A stretch of DNA of 64,000 nt from positions 32,001-96,000 of the IMG/VR virus record IMGVR_UViG_3300030333_006551; one strand, 5' to 3'. The notes under the pieces are model-generated. The model was given only the letters and a program-made list of their open reading frames with translations. It was not told the origin of the DNA and did not search any database. Position numbers and translations under genes: made by a program. Shown here piece by piece: positions 46,132-58,200 of this stretch; within the stretch, counting starts at the first letter, position 1; every line of letters begins with the position of its first letter. This stretch comes from a virus.

Positions 46132-49100
46132 ATGGCTAGAACCAACAATAGAACTATTGCAACTTATAATGTTATAATAACATTAGATCAAGCTCTAGCT
46201 AGGAAGTTTTCGAAGCAAAGTAGTAGGGCAGAGTTTGCGTCTCTTCTTGAAACTAAGGCTGCTGGTTTATCTAATACGGCTGTTCTTAATAATAGAGATG
46301 AAAGTTTTTTAAGTCTTGACCATAAGGTAGCTTTTGGTGAGGGAGCAGACGATAAAGGTCTTACAATTAAAATTGAAGTATTAGAGCCTGAGCTTTTATT
46401 CTTAAGAACATTATTAGATACTGGCTTGTCCTCCAGATTAGCTAGAGTTGTAGAGCAAAGAAATCAGTTAGTAGAAGAAGCAGAGTCGAAAGGCGATACA
46501 TTAGACGCGAGCAGCGTGAGACATACTTTAACGGACAACCTGCCTAAGTTATTTCCTAAAGTCTATATTATGTACGGTGTAGGAGATGATCTAAGCCATT
46601 GGGCTGGACCATTTGAGTCGGTTCTTATTGATGTAACTTATGCTAACAACATGAAGAGCCTGGAGACTACAAAATATACATTTGTAGCCACACCAGAGGT
46701 TAAGAAGCTAAACCCAGAAAAAGCAGATCCGACTGAGGAAAAATTTGAATTCGCAGTCAGGGTTCCTTTGTTTGAATATAGAATGATAGACTTAACAGGG
46801 GGCGGTGAGGTGATGGTTGACGGTCTCATAGTCTCGAAGCCCACCTATCAAACCTGGAAACTTAAGCAAGAAACCAATAGAATTGCAGATTTAGATAGAA
46901 ATATTACTGAGTTAATAACACATTACCTCAAAGAAGTAGGTCTTCCAAATAGTTTGGTGGTTCTGCCAGATTTAGATAAGTTGCTTGAACGCTATTTGAA
47001 AAATAAAAAGGCTTCAGTGTACGATAGACTTACAGGAAGTGAACTAGGGACAGAGGAGTTTGTGACCTCTGACTCCGCAGGACTTAGCCCTAGATCTGCC
47101 AGAATCAGAAGGGCAGAGAGTACACCAAATTTTGCGGCTGAGTTAGCAAGAGATATTTATGGGGAGTTAGGTTTAGATGTAGTTGCCATGTCTCCCGTTA
47201 AAGGAATTTCAGATTCCCCCGTCGTAAATAATGAAGAATATATAGATTTAGCAACACCTCACAGAGGCGCTCAACATTGGCTTGCTTTTAAAATTGATAA
47301 TGAGATGGCAATGCAGATAAACCAAGGCAACAGGTTAGCTCCAATAACTGAGTTGCTTAGAAAAGTATCCACTGCCACTTCGGAAGAACTTATGCAACCT
47401 TATTGGTATTGGGAAAGTAATGTAGAGCTAATTGATATTTACAAAAAGATGATAGGAACTTCTTACTCCTTGTTAACTGGCTCTTTACCATCTAGTGAGC
47501 CTGGGTTATTTGTAATTGGAGCTAGAAAATATATAAAAAACTATTTACAAGGTGGTATTTTTGTAAATAATCCAACATTAGATAAAAAAACACAACAATC
47601 TCTTCTTCGTGGAACCGCTAAACATATTAAATATATTCCACCTTCAAATGACCCTCGCGTAGGGAGAGGTGGAGACCCTTTCTGGAATAGGCTAATTGAT
47701 TTAAATGACCCAACTACTCCTGCATATACTTCGAATCCTGTGCTAAGTAATTTTGCAGATACAGGATTACCTTTTTTTGCGTACATTCAAAGCATAATAA
47801 CTAAAAAGTTTAAAACTACTAGTTTCTTCGATCCTGATTTAGCGATAAACAAAATACCAGATGAATTTAATTACTCACAGGAAGCGAAAGAAAAGATTGC
47901 TAATTTCGGTATTCCTGTTTTTAGGTGTAATACTTCAAACCCTAATGTAATTCATCTAAACATCAAGACTGAAGAGGGGTTTTTTCCACTACTTAATTTA
48001 AGTTTTAGTGAGCTACAATGGACCTTAGCTAACCAAACAGCAGCCATCCCTCATAAGCATATTAAAGCTTCAAGTAAAACAATTACTTCTGCTGATGTTT
48101 TAGCTTTATACACAAGAATTTTAGAAGATTATAGTAGTTCTGACCCTTTATTTGCACATGCTAGAGCAATGATGGGCAAACCTCCTGTTAGCGTAGGATC
48201 TTTGGCTAAAAATTTAGCCACATTGTTGACAACTACAACGGGCCTAGGCATGTCAAAGATTCATAAAAAATATACCAAATCTTCGTCTTTGTCTTTTTTG
48301 CATTTCTTTTTTAAATTATTTAATTTTAGATTTTCGGGGCAAATAAGAACTCTTCCAATGTTTGAATATTCAGATGGTGCTATTTTAAGTAGACCTTCTT
48401 TGCTTTTTGTAAATAGATTAAATCAAGTTAGGCAATTATACGATGGAAAAACAAATAGAAACCCAGTAAACAGTTTTTATTCAGGTCTTTATAGAATCTT
48501 TGGTTTTAGACATTATATATCAAATCGTGATGCCTATTCTGAATTCCTTGTCATAAAGGATCCTATAGAAATGGACGATCAGAAACTTGGAGCTGGAGGT
48601 GCCCTTGGTTTAGCTGCGCGAACTGCATCAATGGCTGGTATAAAAATTGCAGGAGCTATGACCGCTGCATGGCATGCTGATCTTCCTACTGACCCTGCAC
48701 ATTCTGGCAAGCCTGCACCAGACCCTAGGATTGATCCATTCTATTCTGACCCTGCTGCCGCTGATGTCCCACCAGATATAGATCCTTGGACACTGCCACC
48801 TCTACCTGAGTATACTACTCCTACAGACCCTGTAAGTACTCCTAGTACACCTACAGATCCCGTAGTTATACCTCCAACAAAAGACGCAGGTGATTCAGTT
48901 CTGGATACGGAACCAGTCAGGGCTCCGATGCATACACCCACACCGATCCCTCTCCCCGATGACCTACCCCCTACCTCCGTCGAAGATGAATCGCCTGATA
49001 CTTTTGAAGGAGAATTAACTCCTATTATAACATATAATATAGATGTAAGAGATTGGGTGGAAAGAAATACAGATTGGAATCGTGTTTCTAGTGATAATGA

Positions 49101-49305
49101 TTGGGAAGGATTAGCCGCTAGTGTTATAGCTAGATGGAGAGCACAGAATTCCGAATACGGACATGATGCTTACAACGATTATTTAGGACATTCAGATCTT
49201 TCTACTATGAGTAAATCAGAGGAAGAAGTTTTAGAAGGATACTGGCGTTCAATGGGTTATACCCACCCAGACTCCAGCCCAGGAATGATACCAGCTATTG
49301 ATTAA
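46132..49305 (+). CDS. baseplate hub protein with Pro-rich linker and extra C-terminal domain
   Basis: Position between gp53-like and spike genes; YSGLYRIFGFRHYIS hub-type motif. Confidence 0.6.
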   Translation: MARTNNRTIATYNVIITLDQALARKFSKQSSRAEFASLLETKAAGLSNTAVLNNRDESFLSLDHKVAFGEGADDKGLTIKIEVLEPELLFLRTLLDTGLSSRLARVVEQRNQLVEEAESKGDTLDASSVRHTLTDNLPKLFPKVYIMYGVGDDLSHWAGPFESVLIDVTYANNMKSLETTKYTFVATPEVKKLNPEKADPTEEKFEFAVRVPLFEYRMIDLTGGGEVMVDGLIVSKPTYQTWKLKQETNRIADLDRNITELITHYLKEVGLPNSLVVLPDLDKLLERYLKNKKASVYDRLTGSELGTEEFVTSDSAGLSPRSARIRRAESTPNFAAELARDIYGELGLDVVAMSPVKGISDSPVVNNEEYIDLATPHRGAQHWLAFKIDNEMAMQINQGNRLAPITELLRKVSTATSEELMQPYWYWESNVELIDIYKKMIGTSYSLLTGSLPSSEPGLFVIGARKYIKNYLQGGIFVNNPTLDKKTQQSLLRGTAKHIKYIPPSNDPRVGRGGDPFWNRLIDLNDPTTPAYTSNPVLSNFADTGLPFFAYIQSIITKKFKTTSFFDPDLAINKIPDEFNYSQEAKEKIANFGIPVFRCNTSNPNVIHLNIKTEEGFFPLLNLSFSELQWTLANQTAAIPHKHIKASSKTITSADVLALYTRILEDYSSSDPLFAHARAMMGKPPVSVGSLAKNLATLLTTTTGLGMSKIHKKYTKSSSLSFLHFFFKLFNFRFSGQIRTLPMFEYSDGAILSRPSLLFVNRLNQVRQLYDGKTNRNPVNSFYSGLYRIFGFRHYISNRDAYSEFLVIKDPIEMDDQKLGAGGALGLAARTASMAGIKIAGAMTAAWHADLPTDPAHSGKPAPDPRIDPFYSDPAAADVPPDIDPWTLPPLPEYTTPTDPVSTPSTPTDPVVIPPTKDAGDSVLDTEPVRAPMHTPTPIPLPDDLPPTSVEDESPDTFEGELTPIITYNIDVRDWVERNTDWNRVSSDNDWEGLAASVIARWRAQNSEYGHDAYNDYLGHSDLSTMSKSEEEVLEGYWRSMGYTHPDSSPGMIPAID

Positions 49306-49307
49306 AA

Positions 49308-50378
49308 ATGGAAAATATTAAAGTAGGAACAGTAACAAGTAATGCAGATCCAACCCGCCAAGGAATGATAGCAGTTCAATTCGACGGTGAGCTTCCTGGA
49401 TCCGTATGGGTATGGTATGGAACTCCATACGGTGGAGGTCATCATAGTGGCTTCGGCGCTATTCCTGAAGTTGGCACTAGAGTTCTTTGCTGCAAACCAG
49501 AGAATGACCCTTCGTACCATTTCTTATCCTGTACAACTGCACCAACACAAAATTCAGAAATCCAAGGTAGACCTGTATTTGAGGATGAGGCAACTAGCAA
49601 AAATATAGGATTTAATCCAAAATTATATAATTTTGCTGCCGTTCCCATGTCCTATGGCATTACAACTCCCCTAAAAAACCAAATTTTACTTAAAGATGAC
49701 CGAAATTCAGCAAGGATGAACCCAGGGATACGCTTAAAATCGGCAACTGGTAAGGTTGTAGCTCTAAATGATGCTCCTGGAGTAGATGCTATCGTACTCA
49801 AGACTGGAAATGAGATGGCAGGAATAAAAATAACGGAAAATAAGGTTAAAGAGGGAATTGTAGGCCCAAATTCCATTTATTCTGCTTGTAAAGGCTCATC
49901 AACAACTGTAAGTAGGGAGGGAAACATAACTTTAGAGGTTGGAACTAATGGAAGAGAGATTCAACTAGTAAATAAGTCCAGTGTAAAGCATGGTGAGGCT
50001 CCTTATAACAAATCTTCTGGAAATATTAGGATTATTTCTGATAACGGTAACATTATTATTGAAACTTATGATGTAGAAGGTGGAGTATTCATAGATACTA
50101 AGGGTGGAGATGATTCTACTGTACAAGTTCGTAGCAGAGGGAATGTAGGAGTATTTGCTTCTAAAGGAATTGCAATGAGAAGCGCAGGTGATGTAAATAT
50201 AAAAGGAGCCAATGTTAATATACAAAGTGATGCAGGCGGTAAAATTGAATTAAACCCTACATTTGATGTTGATGATAATATGAGCATACAATTAAACAAT
50301 TACGATCAAATGAAAAATGAAGATGGTAACTACAGCTTCTTTGACGAAGACAAGTTAGAGGATTTAAGCGAGACTTGA
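49308..50378 (+). CDS. baseplate spike (gp5/VgrG-like OB-fold + beta-helix)
   Basis: GTVTSNADPTRQGMIAV, IPEVGTRV, beta-repeat C-terminus. Confidence 0.8.
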   Translation: MENIKVGTVTSNADPTRQGMIAVQFDGELPGSVWVWYGTPYGGGHHSGFGAIPEVGTRVLCCKPENDPSYHFLSCTTAPTQNSEIQGRPVFEDEATSKNIGFNPKLYNFAAVPMSYGITTPLKNQILLKDDRNSARMNPGIRLKSATGKVVALNDAPGVDAIVLKTGNEMAGIKITENKVKEGIVGPNSIYSACKGSSTTVSREGNITLEVGTNGREIQLVNKSSVKHGEAPYNKSSGNIRIISDNGNIIIETYDVEGGVFIDTKGGDDSTVQVRSRGNVGVFASKGIAMRSAGDVNIKGANVNIQSDAGGKIELNPTFDVDDNMSIQLNNYDQMKNEDGNYSFFDEDKLEDLSET

Positions 50379-50379
50379 T

Positions 50380-53148
50380 ATGGTTAATTTTCCAAAGCTA
50401 GACCTAAAAAACGGACTGTTTATCCAAAATTTAGATAACCCTGTAGAGGGATATCTAATGGAATGGGGTGTGCCTACCTGCATGATTGAGCTTGGAAAAG
50501 ATGTACTATCCCTTATCCCAGGGGATACCTTAGGCGGCTTTGCCCTAGGTATCCAAGAAGGTAAGGAAGCAGCCCAAAATGCAATAGCGGACGCTATGGC
50601 TTGGGCTTTTAGGGATTTAGGTATCATGGAAATAGATGCTGATACTGGAAAACTAAAGTTCCTTTCTTCAAGTTCTCGGTACGGAATCGACGCGCAATGG
50701 GCAGAGTATGCAGGGTACGCTTTCGGTGTAGCCGATGCTTTGGCTGATTTATATGGTCAAGGTAGCGAGATTTACGAAAATATAAGTAAATGTCTTGATG
50801 ATACAGAGGCTTGGTTTAGGTTAGTTGATGGAGAAGAGACAGGAAGCGCACAACTCGTTTTAGATGGTGGACCAGGAGCAGGAGGTGATCCAAATGATCC
50901 CACTGACCCCGCAAACCAGTCTCCATTCCAAAAGAACAGACAGGGGGAGTTTTTAATTATGAAACAGCAGGTACAAACTGCTGTAAACTTCTCCAATAAA
51001 TGCACTAGTGCTTTAAATTTAATTTCGGAGGTACTAGCTGAACGGGAAGTAGAAGCGGCTAGAGTAGCAGAAGAAGAGGAAACAAGACCCGTATTTAGGT
51101 TAGTATTCGGACCTCCCACGGCAAAAAAAGGACAATTCCTACTTTCTAGAGATGGTCTCTATTATGATTCTCAAAATAGATCCTACACTGATGGAGGGCC
51201 AATTCCAACTAGCGCAGATTTAGGAATAGTAATTCCAGGCGATAAATGGGGTTTAGAACATGATCCCAACTTAGGTGGTAAAGGAACCACTGTTGCTTTA
51301 AGCGAGCTAGGCAAGTATGTGGATACCTTCTTTGATGTTGATCAGGTAAACAATACGCCTTCTATGGCTACACATTACACGGAAGATCATTTCTTACAAG
51401 TACTAGAGAATCAAAAGAATAAAGAAGTATATGACCTTTCCAGTCATGTAAACAGCCTCGTAGCCTCAGGATATGATGCTAAGTCTGCATTAGTAGTTAA
51501 CTTCCAACAAAGTATATTTGCAGCAATAGATAGGCATACTCAGAGAATTAACAAAAGAAAGAAGCAAATTGAAGTAGCAGTATTAGCTAATCAAATGTTC
51601 GGTGCAGATCAAACTTTCCTTCCAGGCACTGTTCCTATTAACGACTTCTCTTATCTTAGTGGGATAAATCTAGATGTTGATATAAAAAAGCAACGCAACC
51701 TAACTTTTGAAGAGGGTGAGGTTGAAGGCATAGTCTTGCCTATTAGACCTAAATTTGTTCGCTCTGCTAGGGCGGAAGCGCAAACATTAGCACCTCCAAT
51801 GATAGTCCCTCCTGTTGGTGCGGGAGGAATTATTAACCTAGGTGAGTTTAGCTCTACTGACGCCCCCGTATTGTCCCTAACAGATAACATTGTAACAGAC
51901 AATCTGTTCGCTGTTTATAATTTCTTAAATTCTGATATCGTTGGCACAAATTCTAATGATTACAAAGTGCTTAACTGTGCGAATAATTCAGCTAATAATG
52001 CTCAATTAGTAGCATCGGATGCAGGTGATGTGTTTGATAAAGGTTTAGGTCTTGCTAAACTTAAAGGGATAACCAGACAGCAATACAAAAATACGGAAGT
52101 GTACACAAGTGCATTAGGTAGTTTTGTTAAGCTACCAGACTCCATCGACTTCCAAAATTTATTATATAATCAAAATGGAGCTAGTATAGATGCGTGGGTG
52201 CATATCCCTCAATATGGAACTTCTTTTAGTGGTGCTGAAGTTTATGGTGAAGCCTCTAGTACAACAGTGGATACTAATTCAGGGGATTGGGCAGACTACA
52301 ACTACTATAAATTGTTGTTAGCTTGTGAAAATACAGGAGGATCTCTTGTAGCTAATGCTGATAACATGATGTTAGAAGATAATACTACCGTAACAACTAA
52401 AGGTTTTGTTATGGGCTTTAGTAGGGATCCTCAAATTTATTCATCAGAACGGGTCACTCCAGGCAGCGATACAGATCCAGCTAGTTCTTTAGGGTTAGCT
52501 GCGAGCGCAACTGCTGCATCTAGCTGCTTCTTTTTAGCCACTACGCAATCTCTAAATGCTTCTGATGTTGAATTTGTATCTGTTAGCTCTGTAGATAACG
52601 GTCTCCGATATTCTAAAATGACGGTTGATTCTTCTACTACTGTAAATAGTGTAAAGTTTAATGATGTGTCAGGTGATTTTATGCATATTAATGTGTCATT
52701 TGATCCTAATGTTGATGAAGTTCGAATACATTTGGACGGTAATTTGATGGCTACCTCCGCAATGTCTGATGTATTTGGTATAGCTAAAAATAGTATGCCT
52801 AGAATTCCTACCTTTATTACACCCGCAGATGCTACAACTAGTAGTTTTTACTACTATAGCGGAACTGTAAATCAACTAGGTACAAGTGCCTTTAATGAGG
52901 GACCAAATAATTACAACAATACAATAACAGGTAGTCTGTATACTCCTTGGATTGTTGGTGGGGGCTGGACTGATGGTATGAAAATTACAAGTTCTTCTGG
53001 TGGCTTTATGTCAGAAAGGCACGGATACAGGAGTGCTCTAGATGGTTATGTTGGAAGTTTAAAGTTCTATTCGAAAGCCCTAACTACTAAAGAGGTAGTA
53101 ACTAATTATAAAGCACAAAAAGACTTTTTCAAAAACATTAAGCTATGA
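50380..53148 (+). CDS. virion protein with C-terminal LamG/concanavalin-like domain
   Basis: SIDAWVH, HINVSFD..VRIHLDG, GYVGSLKFYSKALT. Confidence 0.7.
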   Translation: MVNFPKLDLKNGLFIQNLDNPVEGYLMEWGVPTCMIELGKDVLSLIPGDTLGGFALGIQEGKEAAQNAIADAMAWAFRDLGIMEIDADTGKLKFLSSSSRYGIDAQWAEYAGYAFGVADALADLYGQGSEIYENISKCLDDTEAWFRLVDGEETGSAQLVLDGGPGAGGDPNDPTDPANQSPFQKNRQGEFLIMKQQVQTAVNFSNKCTSALNLISEVLAEREVEAARVAEEEETRPVFRLVFGPPTAKKGQFLLSRDGLYYDSQNRSYTDGGPIPTSADLGIVIPGDKWGLEHDPNLGGKGTTVALSELGKYVDTFFDVDQVNNTPSMATHYTEDHFLQVLENQKNKEVYDLSSHVNSLVASGYDAKSALVVNFQQSIFAAIDRHTQRINKRKKQIEVAVLANQMFGADQTFLPGTVPINDFSYLSGINLDVDIKKQRNLTFEEGEVEGIVLPIRPKFVRSARAEAQTLAPPMIVPPVGAGGIINLGEFSSTDAPVLSLTDNIVTDNLFAVYNFLNSDIVGTNSNDYKVLNCANNSANNAQLVASDAGDVFDKGLGLAKLKGITRQQYKNTEVYTSALGSFVKLPDSIDFQNLLYNQNGASIDAWVHIPQYGTSFSGAEVYGEASSTTVDTNSGDWADYNYYKLLLACENTGGSLVANADNMMLEDNTTVTTKGFVMGFSRDPQIYSSERVTPGSDTDPASSLGLAASATAASSCFFLATTQSLNASDVEFVSVSSVDNGLRYSKMTVDSSTTVNSVKFNDVSGDFMHINVSFDPNVDEVRIHLDGNLMATSAMSDVFGIAKNSMPRIPTFITPADATTSSFYYYSGTVNQLGTSAFNEGPNNYNNTITGSLYTPWIVGGGWTDGMKITSSSGGFMSERHGYRSALDGYVGSLKFYSKALTTKEVVTNYKAQKDFFKNIKL

Positions 53149-53612
53149 CTGTAACTGAATCTATTACTTACGGGTTTGACACACCTAAGCATCATAACGA
53201 AGCTATAACTTCGGTAAAGAAGACTCCTAGAGTAATTGGGATTAATTACCCTCCAACTAATAACGAAGGTTATGGTGCATTCAATAAAGCTACGGATCGA
53301 AATTTGCTTCGTAGCATGGTATATCAATTTCTCAACACGCAGACGGGCGAACGCCCTATGCTTCCTAACTATGGAATAGACTTAGAGCAGTTCTTGTTTG
53401 AGCCTTTAGACGAGCAGCTTCATGAGGAGATTGTTGAAGAGGTTTATACCGCAGTGGCTACTAATCACCCAGAGTGGGAGATACTTAAACTTTCTGTTTT
53501 TCAAAGTAATGAAACTTCTTCATATAAAGGTATTCCTGGAATCGTAATTATTCTAAACATACGGATAAGAGGCGATGAAGGGTCAGCAATAGAGGTGCAA
53601 GCAACAATATGA
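53145..53612 (+). CDS. baseplate wedge gp25-like
   Basis: TQTGERPMLPNYGIDLEQFLFEP. Confidence 0.9.
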   Translation: MTVTESITYGFDTPKHHNEAITSVKKTPRVIGINYPPTNNEGYGAFNKATDRNLLRSMVYQFLNTQTGERPMLPNYGIDLEQFLFEPLDEQLHEEIVEEVYTAVATNHPEWEILKLSVFQSNETSSYKGIPGIVIILNIRIRGDEGSAIEVQATI

Positions 53613-55282
53613 CAGATTCATATAATTTACCAGATTCAATCCCCTTTACAACCGCAGCGTCTGATTTTGAAAAGCTGTTACCTTATGGTGATGGTTTTGA
53701 GAGAAAAGAGGATTTAATTGATTATGCTGCAACGGACTTTCTTTCTCTTAAGAATTCTCTAATAAAGTATTTACAAGCAGTATACCCCTTAGATTACCAG
53801 AACTATTCGGAGTCTGACTTTGGTATAATGTTTTCTGAGTTAGTGGCTTATATGGGCTCAGTCATGTCCATGAAGGCAGATATGCTCGCAAATGAAAACT
53901 ACATAGCTACTGCACAAAATCGTGCAAATGTAAATAAGCTGCTTCAATTGATTGGTATTAAAATGAAGGGTCCAATCTCTTCAGGAGCAAAAGCCTCTCT
54001 TACACTTGATGATCGAGTAGGCACTTTTGATGAAGATGAATATGTAGAGATAGATGTTTCAGATAGGGTGTTTACAGTGACATCTCCTGAAGACGGATCG
54101 CCACTAACTTTTATACTGTACAAAACCAAGGATGGTAAGCTAACTGACTTGAATGCCGAGTCTTCTTTAAAATTATATTCCACCGAATCTGTAGAGTATG
54201 TCGCTTCTGGCACTGCGGAAAACGATGTAATTGCTAACGCTAGAGTCTGGGATAATTTAGCTCTTGTGGAAGGTTCACTGAATATACAAAAAGGTGTTTT
54301 TGATGCTAGAGAAAGTGTAAAAAAAGTGCTGCTAGAAAAGGGTCCTGTTTGTGAGAACAGTGTTCAGGTATTTGTAAATGCAGATAACAGTAATGCGTCA
54401 GGGGTGTATAGACAAGTAGATAATCTATTTCAAGCTTCAGGGTATGAAGACAAGGTTTTTGAAGTTAGCTATGATGAAAGGTTTAACGCAGTACTGCTCT
54501 TTGGCGATGGCGTACTTGGCGTTTCTCCACCTGCAAATGCTAACTATGTAATAAACTATAGAACAGGTGGAGGTATTCGAGGGAACATATACTCCCAAAG
54601 CATCTCCGCACCTATATCTGCAAGAGTTAATACTCTTAACGAAACTAGAACATCTAGAGCAACAAATACAAGTGTATCTTTAGGTGGAGCCGATGCTGAA
54701 ACTGTTGCCCATGCCAAACGATACGGTCCTATGGACTTTAAGAGGCAAGATAGATTAGTTACTTTAGAAGATTACGAGGCGTTTGGAAACAGATTTGTTA
54801 GTACCGCAGGTACAAGTGCGAAGCTTACTGCCGCAACCAGAAAAGCATATAGCTCTGCAAATGTTATTGATCTCTACGCCTTAGAGGTAGCTTCTCCTAC
54901 TCAATTAAAAAGAGCAACTGTACAATTTAAAACGGAACTACTAGAAGCTATTGATGATAAAAAGATGTTAACCGATGATATCGTGGTTGCCGATGGGTTA
55001 ATTAGAACTTTGGATTTGGTTGTAACAATTCATGTTGATGAGAAGTTACAAAAAGAGGAAGGGACAATTAAGGGATTAGCTTTTGCTAAGATTCTTGATT
55101 ACTTTAGTGTTGATAAAATGTCGTTTGGTGCTAGGCTTATATCACAGAACCTAAACAAAGAACTACATAAGATTCCACAGATACGGTATGCAACCATAGA
55201 TAATATTCCTGATATTATCGAAGTTTCATTTAATGAAATCATCCAGCTAAACAACCTAACGATTAACTTTGCATTAATTTAG
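53609..55282 (+). CDS. baseplate wedge gp6-like
   Basis: DFLSLKNSL, FGDGVLG, YRTGGG, GGADAET, RLVTLEDY. Confidence 0.9.
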   Translation: MTDSYNLPDSIPFTTAASDFEKLLPYGDGFERKEDLIDYAATDFLSLKNSLIKYLQAVYPLDYQNYSESDFGIMFSELVAYMGSVMSMKADMLANENYIATAQNRANVNKLLQLIGIKMKGPISSGAKASLTLDDRVGTFDEDEYVEIDVSDRVFTVTSPEDGSPLTFILYKTKDGKLTDLNAESSLKLYSTESVEYVASGTAENDVIANARVWDNLALVEGSLNIQKGVFDARESVKKVLLEKGPVCENSVQVFVNADNSNASGVYRQVDNLFQASGYEDKVFEVSYDERFNAVLLFGDGVLGVSPPANANYVINYRTGGGIRGNIYSQSISAPISARVNTLNETRTSRATNTSVSLGGADAETVAHAKRYGPMDFKRQDRLVTLEDYEAFGNRFVSTAGTSAKLTAATRKAYSSANVIDLYALEVASPTQLKRATVQFKTELLEAIDDKKMLTDDIVVADGLIRTLDLVVTIHVDEKLQKEEGTIKGLAFAKILDYFSVDKMSFGARLISQNLNKELHKIPQIRYATIDNIPDIIEVSFNEIIQLNNLTINFALI

Positions 55283-55286
55283 TATT

Positions 55287-58200
55287 ATGTCTGATAGAAA
55301 ATACTTTAAAAGAAATTATGTCGATGTTCTAAAGGTTATCACTCCAAAGGTCTATCTTCAGGATGATATAAACCTTGCGGGGTTAGCATCAGATATTAAT
55401 CAAGATTTGATTAATAGTCACATTATTTCTTCGAAGTATATCACATACCTAACAAAGGAAAATGAAGTTAGCGGGTTGCATGTATCTGCGACTTCTAATT
55501 TAGAGGACATTGATAATATTAAAGGTATTTCTAAATACTTTATTAAGCAGAATAATCTAACCAATATTACACCTAAGTTTTTTGATGATGTTATTCTTAG
55601 GCCCTTAAATACTAGGCTTACTAATTACAAAAGTAAAGATGATTTTGCGGACTATGTTAGTGGAACGCTTCTTCCTTCTATTCATCCAAATACTGATATC
55701 ACAGCGAACACTGCCTCTGCATTTGGAAATAATAATACAGAGTCACATGAATTTCTTACAAGTTCCCTGAACTGGTTGTACTTTCTTAATACATCAGGGC
55801 TTATTACGCGATCCAAAACAGGGGAAGAGCTTGTAGGGTTTTCCCCATCTTCATTAGTATTCAGTGCTTTAACTGACATGATCTTTGAAGGTAAAGATAT
55901 TACTTTGGATTATGCAATTAAAATGTATCAGGAATATGTCTGGAAGAATTATAATGCTTTAAGTTCTTTAGATGTTAACGTAATTCCTCCCAACTTTATG
56001 TCAGGAACAGGCACCTATACTAGCGGAACTCAGAATTTAGATAAACTAAAAACTTTAATTGATATAGAATATTCTCCACTATACACAGATAAAAATAATA
56101 CTAAGGTTAAAGATTCTTTTGAAAACTATTTATTATTCAACTCTGTGGAAAGTGAAAAAGTAGAAGACGGTCCTCTACATAAGCTTCTCCGTGCTGTTGC
56201 ATACAGTATGTACGATGTAAATGATCAAGTCGAAAGCATTAAACTTTTAACGTCAATCGAGAGTTGCCCAAAAGACTACCTTCCTTTCCTTGCCGACTTA
56301 GTTGGTTGGAGACTTTATGGAAGTGATGAGGCTGCATGGCGAAGACAACTTAGATCGGCTGTAGATCTTTACAAAAAGAAAGGAACAAAACAAGGTCTAA
56401 TAGATGCACTTCACGCGGTCATTCCTAATAGCCCTCTTGATCCAGAAAATTCTATAACTGAATTTTACGAGTCATATGTTCCTAATTTAATTTTCTACTT
56501 ACTTAAGACAGACTCTCCTTTATTTGAAAGTCTAAGTACTTGGACTCAAGATAAGGCTATGACTTTTGGTATTCCAGGGTATGATCCCTCGGACTTAGAT
56601 CTTAATATTAAGTATGTAGTAGATGAAATCCTTAAACGCTGTGTAACTGAGTTCCCAACACAATTCCGTATAGGTAATGAGCCTTTTAGAGTTCATACTT
56701 TAGACAGCGGAAAAGCTTGGTTTGATGATTATGATTCCCCTCCAGACGGTCTAGGAGATGTACACCAAACGCCTCTCGGTGCTCCACATTATGGTCGCTG
56801 GATGACCTATAAGGCTCCTAACCCTAATTCTGAGTATGTTGCTACCTTAGGTGATCCAAACTTTGTGTTTAATTATAGAGGTAGATTATATCCAATTCCA
56901 CCATGGGAAGATGAAAGGTACTATGCTGACACTGCAATAACAGAAGATTTATTAGATTTTATAATTAATGAATTGAATTGTTTAGAAGTTGCTTTATCTA
57001 GTACAGAAAAATTAAAATCTTTTATTCAGGATAATACAACAGCAAAACTGTCAACCTCTAAATCTAGGCAATCTGGCTTTTTATTCCTAACCTCTTCCTT
57101 AGAGCTACCTCCAAACTATGAAACAATAATTAGTAAGCATCAAAGAGATAAGTATGATTACATAAGTATGTGGAATGGAAAATCCTCAATGTTCAATTTT
57201 GAGGTTGTTGGTGGTGATTTTGATGTACTATATCTAACAGATTCACGATATACTAAGCGTGATGTTTTTGATAGTTTAAAGATAATTGATGATTTCGCTC
57301 CTGCAAAGTCGAAACCACAAGCTGATTTCGTTTTGCGCCATGTAGATTACTTGAGTAGTATTGGTAATACTGCAATTTCATATAGGTTGAATTTGAACGA
57401 TTTACACACCTCAGGAGCCTTAGGAGGTTATGAGGCATCATCGGTCAACTTGCGCGGCGAAGGGATGAGAGGCCAGGATTTTCATAGCGGATTCGACGAT
57501 TCTAAAGGCAACCACATACACGACACTCTTCCAGTGTTCAAAAGAGAACAGGTAGATTCATTTACAGACACAGCGATGGGGTCTACTTCCGCTATTGCAA
57601 TCCCACGAAATTCTATCCGAAGAAGGAATTTTAAAAATGTAATAACTCAAAAGGGAGGAGGGTGGTATTCTAGGCGAGGCGATAGTATGCCTGTCTACTT
57701 TAATACATCCTCCTCGTACCCAGAGAAGAGTTTCGATTATACCCTTTTAGGCTTTGTACCTTCATCATTAAATTTTCATCCTGTAGACGATGTTACTAAT
57801 ACATCTAGTGTTTACAATGTATCCAATGATCCCAATTCGGTTAATACTTATTTTAATGTTGATGTGAGTAATACATTCCCTGTTCGAGGGGATACCTCTA
57901 TTTGGGATGTTTCTTCTCAGGATGATTATATACGAAGAGATGCTGCCCCTGATATTATCCGTGTCCTTCACGCGCTTACTGAACGAATTGAATCTGAAAA
58001 AGCAAAAATTGAAAGTGATCATAATGCCCAATACTTTAACGCCTCATCTGCATGGTGCAACATAGTCGAAAGTTTAAAAAATCAGAAAGCATACTTAGGT
58101 ATGAATTTTGATGAATTCTTTAATAAGCGGCTAGATCAAAGACAAAGTGTACGCTATCTTAGCGAAGATAAATCAGGCAATAATAGAAAGAATATAGGTA

